A stretch of 14,066 nt of DNA from the NCBI GenBank assembly GCA_043228905.1, contig JBHGNT010000901.1, forward strand, positions 1-14,066, read 5' to 3'. Under the pieces are notes generated by a model. The model made no database searches and was not told where the DNA came from. It saw only the letters and a list, made by a program, of their open reading frames with translations. This document shows, in pieces, positions 9,819 through 14,066 of the stretch (position 1 is its first letter; each line of letters starts with the position of its first letter). Source of the stretch: Azolla caroliniana. Its lineage: Eukaryota > Plantae > Polypodiophyta. Position numbers and translations under genes: made by a program.

Positions 9819-10332
9819 ATATGAAGAGATATGATTGTATCAGTACCATAGCTGTTTCGTCAAGCTCTCCATCTTCTAGTTCTCGCTTAATGCTCATATC
9901 TTCTTTCTCACCAAGTTTTCTATCCTCAGAAACCATTAAGGTTTGGATCCTACCATTAAATTCTTCTTTTTCTTCACTTTCTCTGTGTTCACCGTGGAAA
10001 GCTTTGATCTCATTCTTTTCCAAACTTTGACCTGAAAATTCCATAGTCTTCTCATTGCCAGAAATCGTGGTCTTCTCGAAATCCCCATTACCGTGGTGGT
10101 TTTCTGAAGATCGATCTTTCTCTGCACGAATATCCCATGAGCTTCTTACATGACGAGGATCGCTGGCGACTTCATCTTCTACCTCTGCGTCCTCTTCGTT
10201 ATACTCGTACTCGTAGTCTGAGACTTCGAAATCCACGAGCTCCTCATCTTTCAGTTCTTCTTCACCGCCGCCGCCTCCTCCTCCTCCTTCTTCTTCTTCT
10301 TCTTCTTCTTCTTCTTCACCGATCATAGCCAT
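2414..10332 (-). CDS. Seven-exon gene for a nuclear RNA-binding protein, ~609 aa (628 aa with the upstream exon-2 acceptor): acidic N-terminus, Pro/Gly-rich disordered middle, C-terminal RRM (RBM33-like architecture)
   Basis: Manual splicing of 10332-9847, 8287-8176, 7128-6998, 6606-5726, 5374-5293, 2975-2887 and 2462-2414 gives 1830 nt with no internal stop. All six introns are GT-AG and phases match (0,1,0,2,0,2). The spliced C-terminus reads SRILAVSGLPNDTSMSTVVEAFEKLGKIT/DFKKNERGDTFTISYASEAEAVTAKRNLHR/SCLAGRQITVEYVYR*, a recognisable beta-alpha-beta-beta-alpha-beta RRM pattern. Confidence 0.9.
2887..2975 (-). CDS. Coding exon 6: RRM RNP1 region and helix 2 (DFKKNERGDTFTISYASEAEAVTAKRNLHR)
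   Basis: Acceptor tttctttcag|GAT (phase 0) and donor CACAG|GTGAAA (phase 2). 89 nt. Confidence 0.9.
5034..5088 (+). repeat. (TATG)13 microsatellite in intron 5
   Basis: Directly visible perfect tetranucleotide repeat. Confidence 0.97.
5293..5374 (-). CDS. Coding exon 5: RRM beta1/RNP2 and helix 1 (ILAVSGLPNDTSMSTVVEAFEKLGKIT)
   Basis: Acceptor ttctcttttcag|A and donor ACT|GTAAGT. 82 nt. The translation matches the RRM N-terminal pattern (hydrophobic-x-V-x-x-L-P ... F-x-x-x-G-x-I). Confidence 0.9.
5485..5702. mobile_element. Foldback / Mutator-like MITE (~218 bp) with ~85-bp imperfect terminal inverted repeats, in intron 4
   Basis: The left end acagggaaaaactcataaataccccatgttttattattccccaaaataccccg...cccctaatgatcttggtca aligns with the reverse complement of the right end, acaggaaaaactccaaagtaccctgcactttctcacattcccaaatgctc...ccccaaatgtatcaggtca. 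GG-AAAA...AAATACCCC termini resemble MULE-type MITEs. No clear TSD. Confidence 0.7.
5726..6606 (-). CDS. Coding exon 4 (881 nt): VHLQEMLAQEHLL...P10...LAARLGP...PIRKSR, low-complexity region
   Basis: Corresponds to ORF 5650..6591 extended 5 codons to the acceptor gaatgatag|GTT. Donor AGCAG|GTTCCA at 5725 is phase 2 and matches exon 5. Confidence 0.9.
6665..6930. mobile_element. Second, more diverged copy of the same MITE family, in intron 3, same orientation
   Basis: Shares cttggtca, the internal cccat...ttctc(gc)tttcaggg..attgac and the right arm acattt(g/a)ggga..taa..aaaacatt with the 5485-5702 copy. The reverse complement of its right arm (aaatgcaccccaatgttttcattatttccctaaatg) matches the left arm of the other copy. 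Boundaries approximate. Confidence 0.55.
6998..7128 (-). CDS. Coding exon 3 (GGRGVNTRMIGLGQGNLAPGIMGPGRPFRMPQGFGPFGGIGRPH), Gly/Pro/Met-rich
   Basis: Acceptor aaagcag|GTGG (phase 1) and donor CAT|GTAATT (phase 0). The exon is 131 nt and is a GC-rich island in AT-rich intron. Confidence 0.85.
8176..8287 (-). CDS. Coding exon 2 (PQSYENG...PEKKKRKAF...SSEG) with NLS-like PEKKKRK; 5' boundary uncertain (8287, 8281 or 8344)
   Basis: Three phase-0 acceptors are possible: ctttaagcag|CCT (8287), cctcag|AGT (8281) and cctttag|GAT (8344). The strong donor GAAG|GTAAGA at 8175 is phase 1 and matches the exon 3 acceptor. Confidence 0.75.
8801..9010 (+). repeat. Degenerate 70-bp x3 tandem repeat in intron 1
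   Basis: Units start at 8801, 8871 and 8941. Each has ttt..caaa(a)tcctt(t)ctt ... aca/tca-aagga-ga(a)g-tt..tga.at..ttg(a/c)aa. Confidence 0.75.
9757..9814 (+). repeat. Compound (GATA)6(GA)17 microsatellite at the 5' end of intron 1
   Basis: Directly visible. It reads (TC)17(TATC)6 on the gene's sense strand, about 30 nt after the exon-1 donor, with GA-rich sequence continuing to about 9717. Confidence 0.97.
9847..10332 (-). CDS. Coding exon 1 (162 codons): MAMIG-E10-G8-EEELKDEELVDFEVSD...RELEDGELDETAM, highly acidic
   Basis: Lies within ORF 9697..10473, whose listed start is TTG. The first in-frame ATG is at 10332 (a second at 10326). Donor ATG|GTACTG at 9846, after which the frame runs into a (TC)n/(TATC)n intronic microsatellite. 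Confidence 0.85.
10264..10317 (-). repeat. Coding trinucleotide repeat (GAA)10 followed by (GGN)8, encoding E10-G8
   Basis: Directly visible in exon 1, in frame. Confidence 0.95.
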
Positions 10333-10767
10333 GTCAATCTGTGCGTATGTGTGACTGACGAAGAAAGATAAATATGTGCGTTTGATCTCAGAAAAGGAAT
10401 TCTTCAGTGATGAGTAGAGAAGTGTCGCAGGGAGAGGGAGGGAGAATGAGAGATGGAAAACGATGGATTTCAAGAGGGGAACGAAAGGCCAGAATAGGGA
10501 GATGGAGAGCTATGTGTTCAGAGAGAGAGAGAGATCAGACGATGCGAAGGTGGATGTTATGCAGAGCTTCCATGGCTGCTTGCAGGGGGAGGAGGAAACA
10601 TGGCGATGGTGATGGTGATGGTGATGAAAGGGAATGAGAAGGGTACATTGTGGTAATTTTGGAAACCTGTGTTTTGTTGGAGGGGACGATGGGGGGTGTA
10701 AGGAGGGCATTTCTTGTAATTTTGGAAACCTTCTACTATTTATTGAATTCTTAGGGGGTATATTAGA

Positions 10768-11500
10768 TGTACATGTACATGTACATACGTGTGTGTGTGT
10801 GTGTAGTGTGATTATGATGATGATGGCCTCCATGAATGAATGTACGGATGGATGGATCATGGATGGTAGGTATCAAACATGGTCGTAATGAAGAATAGGG
10901 TTAGGGTTAGGGTTAGGGTTAGGGTTAAGGTTAAGACATCGAGAGCACACGCACTACACAATAGCATACACACATGTACATATGTGTGTGTGGTGATATG
11001 ACGATGATGATGATGGCCTCCATGAATGAATGGATGGAAGGAAGGAAGGATGGATGGTAGGTAGGTATCAAACATGGTCATAACGAAGAATAGGGTTAAG
11101 GTTAGGGTTAGGGTTAAGACATTGAGAGCACACGCACTACACAATAGCATACACACATGTACACGTGTGTGTGTGTGTGTGTGTGTGTGTAGTGTGATGA
11201 TGATGATGATGGCCTCCATGAATGAATGAATGGATGGATGGATGGATGGATGGATGGATGGTACGTATCAAACGCGATCGTAACGAATAATAGAGTTAAG
11301 GTTAAGACATCGATAGCACCAATAGCATATACACATGTACATATGTGTGGTGTAGTCAGATGATGGCAATGACAATGGCCTCCATGAATGGATGGATGGT
11401 AGGTATCAAATGTGGTTGTAACGAAGAATAGAGTTAGGGTTAGGGTTAGGGTTAAGACACCGAGAGCACACACACACTACACAATAGCATATACATATAC
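10768..11500 (+). repeat. Composite tandem repeat, ~4 copies of a 166-196-bp unit containing (TG)n, (GAT)n, (GGAT)n and (TTAGGG)n sub-repeats
   Basis: The anchor GGCCTCCATGAATG recurs at 10825, 11015, 11211 and 11377. Each copy continues ...GGTA(G/C)GTATCAAA...AAGAATAG(G/A)G-(TTAGGG/TTAAGG)n-TTAAGACA...AGCAC...CAATAGCATA. Confidence 0.95.
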
Positions 11501-11623
11501 CATTGCCTTCCCCCCGCCAAGTGCGGTGCTCTCCGACAAGAAGTCAAGTGCATGTGGAGACGAGCACTACAGAGCTGAGGAATTAGCATTGGTTCCTGGG
11601 AAGAATCTCAAATCATTGAGATC

Positions 11624-11773
11624 AATGGTACCCTCAATAGTGATGGCAACAAAGAAATTTGACAAACACACGTCAACGATCAAGAATTAATATAAAGCAA
11701 GTTGCATTTGACCCATTTCCATTGCCTTCCATACAAGAACATTTTAAATACATTGGCAAACCATGATATGTAC
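11624..11773 (+). mobile_element. Decayed Ty3/Gypsy LTR-retrotransposon reverse transcriptase fragment
   Basis: Across frameshifts it reads VPSIVMATKK ... DPFPLP (11710-11727) ... NILNTLANHDMY (11738-11773). This matches the order and spacing of the Gypsy RT N-terminal motifs (W-x-S-P-I-V-x-V-x-K-K ... D-x-F-P-L-P-x-I-D-x-I-L-x-x-L-A-G-H-x-x-Y). Recognised by eye. Confidence 0.5.
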
Positions 11774-12369
11774 GAAATTTCCCTACAACTTTGACGAATG
11801 TGGCCAAATTTGTACGGCACTTAACGATCCCGAGGAAACAATGCTTGTTGAGGAATTGTTGGTTTCGGTGGCAATAATAATGATGTTCGTATTGGAAACA
11901 TGTCCAAACTAAATTCTAGTGATCATCTTTGAAGTCTTTAGATCATGTATTCTAAAATTCGTGCAAATCCTCCTCTATGGTTTTGCAATACTCAAAACAC
12001 AGAAGAGGGACATTTGAAAAACCCTAGTGTTGTACTAAAGTACAAGTAAGTTCAAATGTGATAGGGCATGCGCCTATAGTATCTATTGAAATTTCAACGT
12101 GTCATTGTAAAGAATGGATTGATGGACACATAGAAGGTAACAACTATCGTAAAGACACTAACAACAACAAAATAAAAAGGAACTTTCTAGGTTATTTGGA
12201 ACGATTTATGTGCAATATAGAATGGCATGATATCATGCATATTTGGCCACATATTAATGTGTCAAACTATATTTCATTCTATGAAAAAAGAGGATACAAC
12301 ATACAAAGAGCTAACGTTGCAAGTTGCAACTTGTGTAGTGTGGAACTTGGGTAGGATCTCGAAATAACC

Positions 12370-12471
12370 AAGGTCTTCATATGCTAACCAATAATACTTA
12401 AGATGGTGCACAATTTTGTCCCTATCTCTCAACATGTTCTTGAAATCTCTATGTGCCATCCTTATTAAGAG
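12370..12471 (-). mobile_element. Possible decayed Gypsy integrase zinc-binding (HHCC) region fragment
   Basis: ORF 12274..12534 contains LLIRMAH...RDKIVHHLKYYW..YEDL, which resembles the I-L-x-x-A-H...G-R-D-K-T...L-x-x-Y-Y-W..x-x-D pattern. The second His and the CxxC are not intact. Confidence 0.3.
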
Positions 12472-12789
12472 GTTTCCTAAAATGGATTGCCCAATCCACG
12501 GAAGCTCTCTATGTTGATAACACAGTGAAATCATGAGGTATTGTATTGGTTATGCTCAACCATAGCCACCTCACACGATACAAAAGAACATCTCCTTGGA
12601 CTAGAATCAGGCAAAAAATTTGCCAAACAACTTGCTTGCTAAAATTAAAAGATTGGACATAGTCATCTTGTAGTTGTTAACATACACAAACTAAATTATC
12701 GACAAGTTCATGGGATCAATTTGTTGTGGTTAATTCTGGAAGATATGCCGAGATACACATTTCGGGGTGGATTAAGATAAGTAGGCACT

Positions 12790-14066
12790 AAAAGTCTCAC
12801 ATCGCAATGCATGTGAGCTAAGTCACATGGAAGCAATGGTTCGAATGGTAGACAACGGGATGGGCTTTAACATGTATCGTTGTGTATGATTTCCTCATTT
12901 TGCGAAGAACATGGTTTTGTAGTTAGGTGCAACATGTGTAGTATAATGTGTGAAGCGTGAGTCTCTACAATTGTCCCATGTCTTGATACATTGGCATTAC
13001 AAAAAGTCCTCATTTACAGAGGAATCTAGTGATACATCATGAAGCAAGTGTGTTGCATCCCATGTACCAAACCATTTTTCCATATCTTGCATCCAATCAG
13101 AACACAAAAATTTGCTTTTATGCATCTTTTGGATATTTTTGCTTGTTTCCCATGCAATTCTAGGAAGTTGATGTGATAGACCTTTTTGAACCTTAAGCAT
13201 GTATTCAACAACCCTTTCCACGGCCATGATCTCAATGGGAAGTGATCCCATCTCAAGGAGGAGAGTGTAGGGCGTTTGTTTATTAACTTATAGAAACTTT
13301 GTAAGAAAAATGTTTTTGGACATTTTCAAACTCTTTTCAAGTAGATTTAAGGATGTTATCACCCCCTACTTCCACCCTATAGAGAAACACTAATGTCACC
13401 AAAATGTCGAAAAGGTATTTCTTGAGGACCCAACACTTAATATCTCCAAGATTGTATGTGTTCTCAAATGCATAATATGCTCGCTTTCCCGCTTCTAAGC
13501 GGAGTGTAGCACATTCATTCCATCTATGATTTGAAGGAACTTCAAGGCCAAGATATTTGAAGCTTTCGACACATTCAAGTGGCTCATTATTGTACATGCA
13601 AATTTTTTATCTCTTCACAAGCATAATATTTGTTTAGAGCTATTGACACAATTTAGTATGCATGCAAAAATTTCCAATGCCTTCATAAGTTTTTATGCAT
13701 CTCCTAAAGTATTTGCAAAAAACACTACATCATCTGCATATAGCAAAAGCATAATGACAACATTCCCACTGCCAACTTCTTCAACACATTCTTGGCAACC
13801 ATTTCATCCAATTCATCAATGCATAGACCAAATAGAGTTGGTGATAGTGAGCATCCTTACTTAAGACCAATAGTGCTATTGAAAAAATATGAAAGTCTTT
13901 CGCTCATATGCACACAACATATAACCTTCTCATATATTCGGGAAATTGCAAGCATATATTCACTTGACACCTCGAGTTCTTCCATTTGCCTCCAAAGATG
14001 CTCACAAAGTACCATATCAAAAACTTTCTTAAAGGCTACGAAGCAACCATATAAACCTTTAACTCT
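12790..14066 (-). mobile_element. Decayed non-LTR retrotransposon (LINE; RTE/RTEX-like) ORF2: RT domain and C-terminal region, cut off by the window edge
   Basis: Minus-strand translation from 14066 gives LYGCFVAFKKVFDMV (FVDFxKAFD motif), STIGLK*GCSLSPTLF (GxxQGxxLSPxLF) and LLLYADDVV (YADD at 13740-13729). It continues with ESFKYLG, RLEAGKRAYY...LFDILVT..LY.VEV.G and SM*LSSHALRCET near 12830-12795. Many stops and frameshifts. The 3' end may extend to about 12700. Confidence 0.92.

Noticed and set aside
10333-10473. N-terminal extension MKSIVFHLSF... shown in the ORF track
   Set aside because: It begins at TTG rather than ATG and looks like a CT-rich 5' UTR. The first in-frame ATG is at 10332.
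10768-11500. CRISPR-like array or telomerase RNA gene
   Set aside because: Whole units are repeated, with no unique spacers, in a eukaryotic context with no cas genes. A telomerase template would be about 1.5 repeats in a single-copy RNA gene, and I see no supporting snRNA-type promoter.
10407-11690. Several 76-120 aa ORFs on both strands (LTLTLT, HTHTHT, RVRVRV peptides)
   Set aside because: They are translations of the microsatellite-rich tandem repeat and the GA-rich leader, with no protein-like content.
10896-14066. Telomere-targeting retrotransposon system (TTAGGG runs plus non-LTR RT)
   Set aside because: The LINE 3' end is more than 1.2 kb from the TTAGGG runs, separated by unrelated sequence, and the element is dead. 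No junction links them.

Overview
Eukaryotic, AT-rich genomic DNA, most likely from a land plant (intron style and repeat content suggest a large-genome plant such as a fern; this is inference only). The main feature is one complete spliced protein-coding gene on the minus strand, assembled by hand from GT-AG sites with consistent phases: join(10332-9847, 8287[or 8344]-8176, 7128-6998, 6606-5726, 5374-5293, 2975-2887, 2462-2414), about 609 (or 628) aa. The protein has an acidic poly-E/poly-G N-terminus, an NLS-like PEKKKRK, a long G/P/M/R-rich disordered middle and one RRM at the extreme C-terminus, an architecture reminiscent of RBM33. The ORF track misses the RRM because it is split over three small exons. 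The gene has a well-formed 3'-UTR intron 59 nt after the stop (possible NMD control) and a competing frameshifting donor after exon 2. Two related foldback/MULE-like MITEs bracket the large exon 4. Upstream lie a 4-copy ~190-bp composite tandem repeat with vertebrate-type (TTAGGG)n runs, decayed Ty3/Gypsy-like fragments, and a decayed non-LTR retrotransposon (YADD RT) running off the right edge. I see no RNA genes, CRISPR arrays or prokaryotic features, and cannot assign bases 1-1900.
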